Shown here one piece after another: positions 27,106 to 43,833 of a stretch of 64,000 nucleotides of DNA. Source of the stretch: Eledone cirrhosa (Eukaryota); assembly GCA_964016885.1 (NCBI GenBank), contig OZ024749.1, positions 45,198,001-45,262,000 on the forward strand, given 5' to 3'. How positions within the stretch are numbered: the stretch's first letter is position 1; every line of letters starts with the position of its first letter. Both the position numbers and the translations under genes were made by a program. Below the pieces are notes generated by a model, which was not told the DNA's origin, did no database searches, and saw nothing but the letters and a program-made list of their open reading frames with translations.

Positions 27106-27115
27106 TATATATATA

Positions 27116-27184
<69 letters not shown>

Positions 27185-27396
27185 AAATATATAATGTATA
27201 TATATGTATATATATAGAAACACACACACGCCCAGCTATCTCTGTAGATGTTTGCCTTACTCACGTTTATCTCTCAGTCCTCATTTCTATTTCTCTTCAA
27301 ATATACTCATATCTCTCTGTATGTGTATTCAGATATAAACTCTTTCGTAAATACATATATGCATGCTTACTTACATAAAACTTTACACACTTACAT

Positions 27397-27484
<88 letters not shown>

Positions 27485-27486
<2 letters not shown>

Positions 27487-27681
27487 CGAAGGAAATGTGG
27501 TAAGGAACCAGGTGGACCATAACGCACCAAAGGACTCAATACTTAGGGTAGTAGAGTGGGTAATAGGAACAAGTAAGACCCCGACGGCTGAGCTTAAGCC
27601 GTTTCGACGGCTAATTCTGTGTGCTATGACTGAATTAGCCGTCGAAACGGCTTGAGCTCAGCCGTCGGGGTCTTACTTGTT

Positions 27682-27686
<5 letters not shown>
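27485..27686. mobile_element. Family H fold-back with two hammerhead 3' halves
   Basis: 55-bp arms 27563-27617 and 27632-27686; GAA ACGGC-UUGAGCUCA-GCCGU C GGGGUC; CUGANGA half absent. Confidence 0.75.
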
Positions 27687-27741
<55 letters not shown>

Positions 27742-27780
27742 ATTAAATAAATGGAAACTATATTTATAAAACCATATTTA

Positions 27781-27842
27781 TTTCATTATATATATTTCGG
27801 GGATATCATATTAACAATATGCTATGCCTTCCTCAGACAAAA
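27781..27842 (-). ncRNA. Minimal type I hammerhead (D-like)
   Basis: UUUUGU CUGAGGA AGG..CAUAUU-GUU-AAUAUG..CCC GAA AUAUAUAU A AUGAAA then AAUAAA. Confidence 0.72.
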
Positions 27843-27910
27843 TACAATATAAACAGTTTTATAGATAAATAGATTACTAGTTGTAACCCAACAATTTTAA
27901 ATATAACTTT

Positions 27911-27984
<74 letters not shown>

Positions 27985-28110
27985 GAGTTAAACAAGATTC
28001 AGTGAGTACATCAAAGAATGAGTTTTACAGTAGATGGAAGCACTCTACAAGAAAATATTTTCCAGAGTCTTAACCATCTAACATGTCAGGATATGTCATG
28101 TATCATTTTA

Positions 28111-28174
28111 TTTCATCTGATGAGGACGTACTGTTGAACCTGATTCACGTACCTCTGAAATATGTATAATAAAA
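28111..28174 (+). ncRNA. Minimal type I hammerhead (D-like)
   Basis: UUUCAU CUGAUGA GGACGUAC..GUACCUCU GAA AUAUGUAU A AUAAAA. Confidence 0.68.
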
Positions 28175-28218
28175 TTTAATTGATCACAAGAATATCTATG
28201 TTGATAATATTTGAATTA

Positions 28219-28251
<33 letters not shown>

Positions 28252-28582
28252 CACATGAATTCATACATACACGCTGGCATAAATACATAAATATACTTAT
28301 ACGTGGAGCAAATACACACAAACAGGCATATGTTTTTGTGTGCGTGTGTAGGTGTTGTGCATTTGTGAGCGCAGCGCCAGCGTGCGTGTGTGCGCTTAGA
28401 GATAGATAGAAGCACAGAAGACTGCATCATAGGAAGTTGCACTACATTGCATTTATCTGTAAGAGCAGCTATATTATATACTGGTTGAGTAGGACTGCAC
28501 ACACGGTTCTTATATATAGTTAGAGACTATGATGAGTAGTATATATCTTCATCAGCTATATATATATATATATATATATATA

Positions 28583-28682
28583 TAGGAAAAAGTATGACTC
28601 CGACGGCAGAGCTCAAGCCGTTTCGTGTATTGAGTACTCTGGTGCGTTATGGTCCATTTGGTTCCTTACTACAATTCCTTTG

Positions 28683-28684
<2 letters not shown>
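28583..28684. mobile_element. Family H short inverted/tail fusion
   Basis: Inverted half-HHR joined to tail GTATTGAGTACTCTGG..; TA flanks. Confidence 0.75.
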
Positions 28685-28736
<52 letters not shown>

Positions 28737-29932
28737 GATTGTGTGTGTATGTATGTGTGTGTTTGCACGCGTGCGTGTGTGTGTTCTTGTGTGCACTCGC
28801 ATGTTTTGTGTTGCATGTATATATATATATATATAATGAATATATATTAGTGCAAAGTATCGAATTATCAACGTGCTGAATAGTCATGGAATTCATGGAA
28901 AATGGATTCTTAGCCGAAAAGATTAATTGTAAACACCATCGATTACTAGGTTCCTTTGCTCAATTGTTAGAGAATTCAGTCGGAATTTGATCGTTACGTA
29001 GTTCGACTCTTCGTAGCAAGGCCTGAAACTGAAAACGGCTCAAATTTTGTTCGATTTTGTTACATATGATGATCATATATCTTCCGTCGATTTCAGGGAT
29101 GAGCATTCAGTATTTCGCTCATCTGAACCTCATGTAGAAATTTGACTATACCTCAGAAACATGGAGCCGTAACATATTTCCAGCAGAATCATAGTGAGGC
29201 AATATGTGACAAGTGTCATCATTTGCTTCACACGTACAATGTAATCAACGTGTTTTCACCCAGCTACTGACTATTCAAATTCAAAGCTGTGTTAGACCCA
29301 AAGCTATTTTAAAGCCAAAATTGCGAGTAACCACGCAGCGGGATTGATCCTGGGAACGCATGATTTCAAATCGAACGTCTTAACCACTCAATCTGGCCTG
29401 CTTAGCAGCAACCTAATATCCGATGTGTATGAATAAGCCTCATCTATGTGGTCACTCGTGCTTTGGTCGAAACAGCAGAATAAATGACCTAAAATAACAC
29501 CCACCCACTCACAATATCGTAAATGTGGGAATGGCAAATGGGAGAGTATAGTTCAAGAGACCCATTGAATAGACGGGATGATGATCAAGGGTGGAATGCT
29601 TTTGATCCGTGTGAACCCGAGGACAATCAACAATAAAAATAAATAACACCACATGCTTATTTAGGGCCACCACCAGTATATAACTTGTTAATACCGGCGT
29701 CCGTTCTTGTCTAATATTACTGACACCTAATTTGTCAACAAAACGCCGTCTCATAGAGCAAATCAAAAACAGTGTCGCATTACATTCCAAATATTATTCC
29801 TGTTGTTGCAATACTGTTAATACAAGAAGTAATTAGGGCGGTGAATTGGCAGGATCAGTGAATCAGTTGAGCGACAGATATTTAAATATCCAGATGTATT
29901 AACTCCGATTCATTTATGCCTCTTACACACAT

Positions 29933-30014
<82 letters not shown>

Positions 30015-30016
<2 letters not shown>

Positions 30017-30115
30017 CCCGGGTTCAATCGGGGTAACCGCAGTAAGTAAGATACTCAATACGTAGCAGATTATCAATATAGATAATATGGCTTCTACAGG
30101 ACTAGAACTGTTTCA
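30015..30115 (-). mobile_element. Family G 3' fragment
   Basis: Matches 26924-27035 and the reverse complement of 62060-62165. Confidence 0.78.
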
Positions 30116-31789
30116 TTTGAAGGAATGTTTGTGCGTGTGCGTGTGTGTGTGTGTGTGTATGTATGTGTGTGTGTCTGTGTCTATGCATATATATAGATAT
30201 GCATATATATATGCATACATACACTTACAAATAAATAAATAAATAAATAAATATATATATATATGAATACGTGCTTGAAAGTATATATATGTGTGTGTGT
30301 GTGTGTGTGTGGGTGCTTGTGTGTGTATTTTCATTAGCCCTTGTGAAAAAATCTGTACCAATGAGAACGATGAATGTACTTTACGGTATTTAGATATGGA
30401 CTTTTGCGTCCTGAGTTCAAATCCCGCTGAGGGTGTTGTACCTTTCACATTTCAGAAGTCAATTAAACAAAATATGAATGAAGTCCATAGATCGATGAAA
30501 TCGAATATATTCTCTTTCCCCTCCCACCTCTGAGAATAATCGAGTGCCAATTCTAGGAATCAATAGTTGAAATTATTGATGCATCGAGCCTATGAGAGTT
30601 TTCTCTGTATGCTTATTTGATCTGCTATAAATAGAAGACAAATCTACCACAGCCTTCATAATGGTATGTTACCACAAACATGTGTATGATTATATAGCTC
30701 TGCTCCTCATCCACAACATATGACCCATTGAGTAATATATAACTTAAATATATTGTCTGAATATAAAATGGGATGATCATGCTCTAAAGTATCGGATACG
30801 AATAGATGTAGTGGATTATATAATGTTACTATATATTTAGAGGTCTAGCTCCTACTTCAAAACTTATAATTTTATATGAATTTAAATAATTTAAAAACCA
30901 ATACAATGCAATAGAAACTTAAAGATGCTAAGATAACAATAGAATCTTACCTCAGCAAATTTAATTATAATTTTATATTAAGAAATCACGTATTTCATAC
31001 TAAATTCTCAACTAAATTTAAGTAGAACCAACCTACAGGCAATGCAAATATATATCTATTAATATATATATCATCGGTTTGATCCATCGATATCAAGGTA
31101 CAACATCGCATGTTGCTCCAGGCCACTCAGTTGACAAAATTCGTCCAACTATAACCTGGTGTTTACCCTCACGATAATCTAGTATCCCATTCAGTATAGA
31201 AAGATTTAAGCTCACATTCTTTTAACGCCCCATGAGCCCGGGATTAGCTCTGGCCTGATAAGACTCTAAGCTAAAGTCAAACATTTTAAAAGCACCTTTA
31301 GTGGTTAAATTACTATCATGATAAATCGTTACGATTTTTTAACGAAAATATTTTCCTGAGATCAATCCACGTTTACAGATAATATATCTTTGATCATATT
31401 TACTTATTATTGAAATAAGACTTAATGTGTAAAAAAATGTACCATAAATAACGTATTAAGAGACATGTTGAATAATGTTATACCAGTTTAAATATAATTT
31501 CGGAAAAAGAGACAAAAGACCGGTGTATTTACAGTTAAAAAAATATATATATTGATAAGATCAACATGACAAATAAATCACAACCAAACAGAAACAAAAG
31601 CAACTGTTATGTTTAACAAAGTTACAATTGGTTTATTACCCACAAGTGCAGGGACACACTTTTCTGTATATAAGAAATGTATGCATATATATATATAGAA
31701 ATGTGTGTGTGTGTGTATGTGTGTGTGTGAGTGAATGTGACTGTGTGCATATATATATATATATACATGTATCATTTCATTTTTCATTT

Positions 31790-32117
31790 CATTTTACGTC
31801 CACTTTTTCCCTGCTTGCAAGGGTGGAACGGGAACTGATTCTGGCTTGATTTCTACAGCTGGATGCCCTTCCTAACACCAACCTCATTTACAGTGAGTGC
31901 TGGGTGCTTTTTTGCCGTGGCACCTCCACGACCACTTTGCAGTGGAATGATATGGACCCCAGACCCTATCATCTCATTTCTACAGCTGAGTAAACTGGAG
32001 CAATGTGAAATGAAGTGTCTTGCTCAAGGAAACAACACATCACCCGGTCTGAGAATTGAACTCACAACCTTTCGATTGTAAGGTCAATGCTCTAACCACT
32101 AAGCCATGTGCCTCCAC
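31790..32117 (-). mobile_element. S2 SINE
   Basis: 5' part nearly identical to 43670-43812. Confidence 0.75.
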
Positions 32118-32994
32118 AATGTATATATGTGTATGTGAGTGAGTGAATGTGTCTATGTGCATATATATATATATATGTATATATGTGTATATGTGTGTGT
32201 GAGTGAATGTGTCTGTGTGCATATATATATGTATATATGTATATATATATATATGTATATATGTATATATATATATGTATATATATACACATATACATAT
32301 ATATTTGTATATATATATATATATATACATATATATATAACGCGTATGTTTATACAAATGCATGTGGGACTGTGTTCGTGTGTTCGCACTCCTTGTTCTA
32401 CATAGAAGTATTCGTGAATTACTGAGTAAGCCAATAAGAGGATTGGGTCTTGTAGTTATTCATGTTCAAAAACAAGAGAACGGTGTAGAAGCAGCTGTTT
32501 GCACGTGTGTGTGTAAGTGCAAACATAACGTATATACGTCTCTACGTATATGTCAAAATACATCCATGCCAACATCCAGGCATCCATACATGGATAAGTA
32601 CTTGCTTAGTTACGTACATACATGTATGCATATATACATATATACACACAAACACACATACACAAACATACACAGACACATACAAACATACATGTATATG
32701 CATGTACATGCATATATGCATGTATATGCATATACATGCATATATGCATGTACATGCATATATGCATGTACATGCATATATATGCATGTATATATGCATG
32801 TATATATGCATGTATATATATATGTATATATGCATGTATATGCATATATATGAATATAGTAGAATATTCCTATGTATCTATATATATATATGAACTTATT
32901 TATATTTACACGATACATATATATATATATATAACATATAACATACATCTATATAACACATGTATATATATATACATATATATACATATATATT

Positions 32995-33047
<53 letters not shown>

Positions 33048-33051
<4 letters not shown>

Positions 33052-33270
33052 ATAACAATAAATTTGAAGACTAAAATCCAAAGAGGGCTCGATAAGGATA
33101 AATATATATCAAATATATAAGAACCGTAGAGCAAATATTTAATAAAATAACAGATTAAAGTTTAAGTAAAGACTGGCTGCTTTCACCCTTAACGAGTTTC
33201 AGAAGATACCATTAAGGGTGAAAGCAGCGATTCTTTGCTTAAACTTTAATCTGTTATTTTAATAAATATA
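33048..33270. mobile_element. Family F fold-back; plus-strand HHR fold from 33195
   Basis: AGTTT CAGAAGA at 33195-33206 directly after the inversion junction. Confidence 0.85.
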
Positions 33271-33346
33271 TATATATATATATATAATGCATATATATAA
33301 TGCTTATATATACACACACTCACATATGTATATATATGTTATATAT

Positions 33347-33518
<172 letters not shown>

Positions 33519-33538
33519 ATATATGTATATGTGTATAT

Positions 33539-33620
<82 letters not shown>

Positions 33621-33873
33621 GATATATAACATACACGTAAATATGTGCGCGTTTATGGGTATATTAAATTAAATTATATAGTATTGTTTCGTTTTATTTT
33701 TTAATGTGTAATACTTGAGAAGATAGTTGTCCCAATCCAGTGTGTATAAATATATGTATGAATATATGCCTGCGTGTATGTGAGTATACACTCACATCTG
33801 TAAGTGTACCTGCCTTTGCGTGTACACTTCTTCTCTATCTTCTACTCTGCAAATATATTTGAAACTCAATCGC

Positions 33874-33967
<94 letters not shown>

Positions 33968-34129
33968 GTCCCATGCACGCCAATACTTATCTTTTTCCAT
34001 TTCTCCGAGGGTTCTTAACCCCACTATCAGGCTAAATAATTTCTTTAATTTCTTTAGTCAAAATACAGCGATAGGTTACATTTCTAATAATTTCAAACCC
34101 AATCGCTGTTTCGAAAATATTCTTAATTG

Positions 34130-34225
<96 letters not shown>

Positions 34226-34283
34226 TAGACACACACGCTCATACACACATATATATATATATAAATATATGTATATGTAAATT

Positions 34284-34365
<82 letters not shown>

Positions 34366-34457
34366 TGTAGAAGCCATATTTATATTAACAATTTATAATC
34401 TAATATGTATTGAGCAGACTGTGGTTAAGCCGATTTACCCCCGCGATACACACAAAC

Positions 34458-34488
<31 letters not shown>

Positions 34489-34489
34489 T

Positions 34490-34521
<32 letters not shown>

Positions 34522-34543
34522 TATATATATATATACATGTATG

Positions 34544-34659
<116 letters not shown>

Positions 34660-34691
34660 CATATATATATACATATATGTATATATATATG

Positions 34692-34771
<80 letters not shown>

Positions 34772-34804
34772 TACATATATGTATATATATATATATTTAT
34801 ATAC

Positions 34805-34887
<83 letters not shown>

Positions 34888-34916
34888 TATATGTATATAT
34901 ATATATATTTATATAC

Positions 34917-35007
<91 letters not shown>

Positions 35008-35021
35008 CATATATATATATT

Positions 35022-35063
<42 letters not shown>

Positions 35064-35085
35064 CATATATATATATATATTTATA

Positions 35086-35119
<34 letters not shown>

Positions 35120-35202
35120 TCAAAGTTTGACAAGAATGGAGGAGAAAGCTAGACATTGAAATTTTGTTTTTAAATGTCTTGCTTTCTCCTCCATATATAC
35201 AC

Positions 35203-35300
<98 letters not shown>

Positions 35301-35631
35301 ATGTAAAGGGTCTACACACATTTCACTGAAATATGAAATTATTACATTATGAAAAAATAAATATATCATGGGCCCCTTGAAACACACAAACATAGTGTAT
35401 TTCGAACTCACTGTCTACGAGATGGGAGACTAATAATTTGTACACTCATTTATATGAATATATACGTATATATATATTTATATATATATATACACACACT
35501 ATGAACAAGACATGGTCAGCCGACCAGACACTGCCCACAAAAGGAAAACCCGTCTAACCCATGCTAGCATGAAAGAACTGAATTAAAATGGTGATGATGA
35601 TGATGATGATGTTGACACATACATTATATAT

Positions 35632-35663
<32 letters not shown>

Positions 35664-35679
35664 GTATATGTATATCTAT

Positions 35680-35711
<32 letters not shown>

Positions 35712-35815
35712 GTATATATATGTATATATAGAGAGTGAGACAGTGAAACAGAGAGACAATATATATATACATATACATATATAAAATGTATAGATTATAT
35801 ATATAGGAATATATA

Positions 35816-36010
35816 TATAGGAAACTGTATGACCCGGACGGCAGAGCTGAAGCCGTTTCGATGGCTATTTCTAGTCCAGAAATAGCCGTCGAAACGGCTT
35901 GAGCTCTGCCGTCGGGGTCATACATTTTCCTATTACCCACTCTACTACCCTACGTATTGAGAACTCTGGTGCGTTATGGCCATCTGGTTCGTTACCACAA
36001 CTCCTTCGTT
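35816..36010. mobile_element. Family H fold-back
   Basis: Same architecture as 27485-27686 in opposite orientation, different apex (AGTCC). Confidence 0.8.
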
Positions 36011-36014
36011 ATAT

Positions 36015-36085
<71 letters not shown>

Positions 36086-36091
<6 letters not shown>

Positions 36092-36230
36092 TAACAGATT
36101 GAAGTTTAAGCAAAGAAATTTTAATGTTATTTTAATAAATATTGGCTCTACGGTTCTTGTATATTTTTGATATATATTTCTATTTATCGAGACCTCTTTG
36201 GATTTTAGTCTTCACATTTATTATTATTAC
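36086..36230. mobile_element. Family F short fold-back plus tail
   Basis: Matches 3905-4127. Confidence 0.8.
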
Positions 36231-36270
<40 letters not shown>

Positions 36271-36289
36271 ATATATATTTATATATATA

Positions 36290-36327
<38 letters not shown>

Positions 36328-36335
36328 ATACATAT

Positions 36336-36384
<49 letters not shown>

Positions 36385-36388
36385 ATAC

Positions 36389-36421
<33 letters not shown>

Positions 36422-36461
36422 CAAATATATAATCATATATACGTATTCATATATATATATA

Positions 36462-36506
<45 letters not shown>

Positions 36507-36642
36507 TTGTTATGTGTTTGTGAGGCTGTGCGTGTGTGTAATCATATAACATGCATATGGCAACGCCAGATATGTTGAAAATAATACAATGCACACGAGT
36601 GCGACTCTGGATAAAATTGTCATTTTTTATCATCTAATATAT

Positions 36643-36695
<53 letters not shown>

Positions 36696-37281
36696 TTACT
36701 ACTATTGTTATTAACATTGTCATCCTCATCTTCATCTTCATCGACTTAATCCCCATCATCCAATTCCTCATTCATCACATTATCATCATCTCCATCATCA
36801 TTTTTCTGCTCATATTATCGTCATTATTTTCCTTCATATTAAACAAAATATTTACATATTTATACCACAAGATAGCATAGTACTGCAAGCTATCACATAT
36901 ATAATCTTCGAATAGCAATGTTCTCTCTTATTATACATTTATGAATTGTCCACGTCCTTTTCTCTTTATCTCTGTTTTAATTCCTTTCTTTGCTTCTTTG
37001 TTTCTATCCATCTTTCTTTCTTTATCTCCCTAGTACCATATTTTATAGATTCATATGAAGATATACACGCATAAACACACATAAATACACACACACACAC
37101 GAATATATATATATATATGTATGTCTATGTGTGTGTGTGTAAACATACACAGAAACAAATATATATGCATTTATATATATACACACACACACCTATATAT
37201 ATACATAAATATGTATGTATGTATGTATGTATATATAGATGTATATATGTATACATGTATATATATATTTATATATATATA

Positions 37282-37317
<36 letters not shown>

Positions 37318-37370
37318 CACATATTGGTTTGTGTGTATTATATACATATATCTAACTATGTTATATATAC

Positions 37371-37440
<70 letters not shown>

Positions 37441-37523
37441 TATATATATATTAGTGTGTGCGCGTAAGTGTACATATCAATTCACTGATATATATATATA
37501 TATATACAGACAGGTACACACAC

Positions 37524-37562
<39 letters not shown>

Positions 37563-38723
37563 CATATATATTTTTATATATAGCGATCACAGAGGAATAT
37601 AAACACATATATATACGTGAACGCGTACATAGATACGTACATATTTACATATATACACAGTGGCATACGTACATATCAACATATACAGATACATGTACGT
37701 ATACATATGCAAACATATATAATAAATGCACATATGAAGAAAAATTATCTTACATCTATATATCCATTAAAACATATGCTGTGAAGATTTTCTTCAACGG
37801 ACAGAAATCTCATTTTTCTTTTCTTTTTATCACGCTGTTTTTATGTATGTATGCATGTACAAATGTATGTATATGTGTATATGTATATGTATATACATAT
37901 ATATATATACATATATATATATGTGAGTGTGTTCGTGTGTGTGTGCGTGTATATATATATATATATATGTGTATATATATATATGTGAATATACATAGGC
38001 ATATATATGTATGTCCGTATTGATATTGTATGATATATATCTATAAATATTTGTTTTTATGTATGTATGCATGTATAAATGTTTGTATATGTGTATATAG
38101 ATATGTATACATATATATATATATATATATATATATGTGAATATACATAGTCATATATATGTATGTCCGTGGTGATATTGTACGTGATATTGTATATACC
38201 TACTTTATATATATATGTTATGTACTTGTAATTGCTTTTTAATTCCATACTTCCATACCTATATATGTATGTATGTATGTACGATACTCTGGTACGCCTG
38301 TATCTATGTATATATATGTGAATGTATATATATATATATATATGGTGTTATTTATGTTTAGGTATCTTTGTATACATCTCTCTCTCTCTATCTCTCTCTC
38401 TCTATATATATATATATAGTTATATATATATATATATGTATGTATATATATGTATATATATATATAAACCTATCTATCTATCTATCTATGCATGCATCTA
38501 TCTATCTCTCTATCTCTCTCTATCTACTCACATTCAGACAGGCACAGATAAAGAAACATACACATATATACATATATACACATGTGTATATATAAATGTA
38601 TATATGTGTGGTTGTGTTGATTATGCTTTGTTTATGTGGATCTGTATAGTAGTGGCATTTTTCTTAATCTTCTTTCTCTATGTCACTCTCTCTCTCTCTC
38701 TCTCTCTCTATCCACATATATAT

Positions 38724-38760
<37 letters not shown>

Positions 38761-38777
38761 AATATATATATGTGTGC

Positions 38778-38863
<86 letters not shown>

Positions 38864-38874
38864 ATATATATATA

Positions 38875-38915
<41 letters not shown>

Positions 38916-38950
38916 TTATATATACACACATATATATATATACATCTACA

Positions 38951-39007
<57 letters not shown>

Positions 39008-39038
39008 TTATATATACCCATATATATATACATCTACA

Positions 39039-39076
<38 letters not shown>

Positions 39077-39566
39077 CGTTTATGTATGTATATGCATGCA
39101 GAATTGTGTGTATATATATACATATGCAAGCGTACGCGTATTCATGCGTGATGGAATATATGGTTTTCCTCATATGCGTCTATAAATGTACGACTAAAAT
39201 ATTTAACTCATAAAACCCTGTTTCATATGAAACACTTTTAGCAAAAATATTTTAGAAAAAGACAAAATAACGTTAGGTCTCCATGATGTTAACATTTTCT
39301 GTTTAACCTAACACACTAAATGTTCACAGAATCTGTCTACTAGGGAATATACTACAAACATTTGCATTCAGAAACCTATTTTTGATATTATCTTATAAAT
39401 CATAACAAAATGTACAAAGTGAAATTTGCGTTACTGTCAAATGTATGGTTGGACATATATATATAACTATATACGTCAGAATATACACCTTCATATGCGT
39501 TTACATAGGTGTCAGACCGTGAGCATAATCCATCTCTCTCTCTCTCTCTCTCTGTATATACGTATG

Positions 39567-39601
<35 letters not shown>

Positions 39602-39961
39602 ATATATATACGTGCGTGATTGATGTTTGTGTCATCGTGTACGTTCAAGTGCTCGTTTGTGTGTAGCTCTTAAAGTATATATGCACCCGTGTATATTTAC
39701 ACGCAATCACTGACACACACGCACACACATATACACACGCATACATACACACTCACATCCACACACATATATATATGCATATATATATATAGAGAGAGAT
39801 AGAGAGAGGGGAGAGAGTGAGAGAGACAGACAGACAGAGACGTACACACATACATACGTACCTGTAGATATATAGAATTATACACTCACCTACTGGAATG
39901 TATATATATCCGACTCTGCGTATATAGTTCTAAACTTCCTAAATATGTTAGTAATATATGC

Positions 39962-40015
<54 letters not shown>

Positions 40016-40023
40016 GTATATAT

Positions 40024-40097
<74 letters not shown>

Positions 40098-40219
40098 GTG
40101 TGTGTGTGTGTGTGTGTATGTGTGTGTGGGTCTGATTATTCCTGCAAACTTTCAAATACACATGTACATATATGCACATTCATATTCACACACAATATTA
40201 TATAAATATATATATATAT

Positions 40220-40306
<87 letters not shown>

Positions 40307-40309
40307 TAA

Positions 40310-40513
<204 letters not shown>

Positions 40514-40536
40514 TATATATATACATATATAAATAA

Positions 40537-40629
<93 letters not shown>

Positions 40630-41172
40630 TATATATATAATATTATATACAAACATACATACAGTTATGTTTTCTGTATCATATATCCATTTCACTCTCT
40701 TTCTTTCTCTCTAAGCGTAGACCAACCAAATTAATATAGATGATAGCTCCACCGTTAGTTGTACGTATGCCTGGCTAAAATATTATATCTAGCTGGATGA
40801 AGACGGTTTTTAAGTCCTGTTAAACAATAGACATTGAAAATGGAAATGTAAAAAAAAAAAAATAAAAAAATAAGAATAATAAAAACAACTGCAAAAGAAA
40901 AGAAAGAATGTATGAACGAAATAAAGAAAAGAATGAGATTCTATAGTAATAATAGTAATAATAATAATAGTGAAAATAATACTAATAATAATAACAACAA
41001 TGATATAATGGTAATGATTATAATGATAATGATAATCATAGTAGTGGTGGTGGTAGTATTAATAGTAATAAAAGGAATAAATTGAATAGAATCTAAAAAG
41101 GCAGAGAATAAGAGAAGGACTCAAATAGAAAGATGAAGAGAGCGAGCGACACTAGAGAAGGGTAAAGGAAAT

Positions 41173-41217
<45 letters not shown>

Positions 41218-42293
41218 GAGAGAGGGAGTGAGAGAGATAGTGAGAGTGAGGGGGGAGAGAGAAGAGAAAGGGAGGAAAAATAACGAGAGAAGGGTGCGTG
41301 AGAGCAAGCGAGTCTTTATGAGAGAGAGAAAGAAAGAGAGTTAACGAGAGAGATGGATATGAATAGATTGAGAGAGTGAGTGTGTGTATGTGTGTGTGAG
41401 AGAGAGAGAGAGAGAGTGAGAGAGAGAGAGAGAGAGAGTGTGTGTGTGAGAGAAAGAGAGAGATGTTAATGGCAAACATCTTGTGTCATGGAGAATGCAT
41501 TGAAATTACAGGCAAGCGGGAGGTGGAGGAAGAGACGATAGAGGTTTGTGAGAGGGTAAAATGAGGAGTTAAGGTATATATAGATGGAAGGAGGAGGGGA
41601 GGTTGCTTTTGCTGGTCGGCTGGTCGGTCTTGTAAGCGGCCTGTCGGCCTGGAGGCCTTTACTGTCCGGACAGGCAGTCAGGCAGACAGACAGGCGGTCA
41701 GGCGGATAGGTTGGCGGGCTGTCAGGCCGGCTGGTGGTCATGCAAATCTTGATATATACACCCAGATTATGTATATTGCTTTGGGTCTTTTCTACACACA
41801 CACACACACACATACACACACACACACTCACAGATACATACATATAATTATCTATATACCCACATGCATATTTGAACGTGAGTACACTGTGTGTATACAT
41901 ACACATTTCTACGTTTATATGATTGACTAGAAATTCACATATAGTTAGTTGTCTACAGATATGTATGTATATAAGCATACATAATACCTACATATAGCAT
42001 ATATATAGCATATATACACATGTATGAGTGTTTGTATATATGTTTCTACGGTGTGTATATTTCATATGTATAATTTAGTATAATCTGAGACATATTTCTC
42101 CAGTCGCAACACAGTTTGTGACTTCCACCCGCGAGTATGAGAGTTCGCGCTTTATCTAATCTATGTGTGTTAGTGTGTACGTGTGTGTGTATGAATATAT
42201 AAATATATTTTTGTATGGATGTCTCAGTGATATGTAGTTACATATCTGTCAGGCACACACAAGCGCACACATATAAACACACAAACGCTCACG

Positions 42294-42342
<49 letters not shown>

Positions 42343-42352
42343 ATACAAATAT

Positions 42353-42397
<45 letters not shown>

Positions 42398-43488
42398 GAT
42401 ACATAAATCCATTCACATAAACACACACAGGCTCACACTTGTCACTCTATTGTGAAAGTGCCGGTATACGCATATTTCAAATTAAATTTGAATTAAACCG
42501 AGATACTGAGCGTTATTAGCTAGTCAGAGTTGTTCCATTATTGGTCACACTCTTCATGCCAAATCGTCCTTGGTTTTGGTTGGTTCCCTCTCATTAATAT
42601 AGTCAATCATGGCTCAGATGTTGGTGTTAATAGTCTTGGTAAATCAGACGACATATAAAGACTGCCAACAAATAACAAGATTTCTACTACAGATAGGCTA
42701 CCTCTAAGTTTCCTTTATTTAATTCAGCTTACAGAACTTTAGGCTGATAATTCGAAACGACATACGTACGAAGAGAATTTCTTAACAACATGGTAATACA
42801 TAATCTTGTCGAATTAGTTTTTAAATAAAAAAACAACAAAACAAAAGAACGAAACCGTTATTTAGTAATAAGCATCGATGTTTCAGTCATCGATGGAGCC
42901 ATAAATTCTGCAGTGTCTATGTTCAGAGCTTGAAATTCTAAGCTCTCTTAGGTAAACATTAAAGGGACTTACATTTTTCTAGCTGTCGGCTTGTTTTTAA
43001 TATAACTTGAACATTTAATATTACTCGCTTTACTATTAAGATTTCTTTTTTTGCCAATACAAACTAAATCCCCGATAATAAGTGTAACAAATACATTTGA
43101 TCTAGGAACGTGTATGTAGAAACTACACACTAAATAAATAGATTAACCGGACAGATGGTCGTCATTTCAATGTACATGTATCAATTAAAGTTTGCTATCA
43201 AAATACTTCAAAAATTTATTTTATATATATATATATACACACACACATACATATATATATATACATATAAATGAACTATTTTCTAAATAACCAAACAACA
43301 AGAACAGAAATCTAATTGAAAAAAAATATGACATAGTAACAAAACACATAAAGAGTCATCCCCTATTTTTTTATATATACATATATACATAAATACAATA
43401 TCGGAGAAAGATTTTTAGCGATACCCCGGCCAAATTCCAACTCACTCAACAAACATTAGGAAATATTGATGGTGTACGTGTATATATG

Positions 43489-43551
<63 letters not shown>

Positions 43552-43554
<3 letters not shown>

Positions 43555-43812
43555 CTTGACCGACCAGTCTGTGGGGCGTCCATTCGACGCCGCTGGTCAC
43601 AGCACGTTATGCTGTTTTAGCCATACGATAACGCCATCCCACTGGCTGGGCGGACAGGCCGGTACCTCTTCATCTCATTTCTACAGCTGAGTAAACTGGA
43701 GCAATGTGAAATAAAGTGTCTTGCTCAAGGAAACAACACAACACCCGGTCCGAGAATTGAACTCACAACCTTTCGATTGCAAGCGCAATGCACACTAAGC
43801 CATGCGCCTTCA
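43552..43812 (-). mobile_element. S2 SINE
   Basis: Shares 5' part with 31970-32117. Confidence 0.75.
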
Positions 43813-43833
43813 CACATATACATACATACATAC

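Noticed and set aside
28021-28075. MEALY..KYFPE.LN resembling a GIY-YIG C-terminus
   Set aside because: Needs two frameshifts; better explained as the minus-strand GAGTGCT tail motif
41460-41750. GC-richer island (also 20000-20460 and 24850-25070) as exon or enhancer
   Set aside because: No splice or coding support; conservation cannot be assessed from this sequence alone
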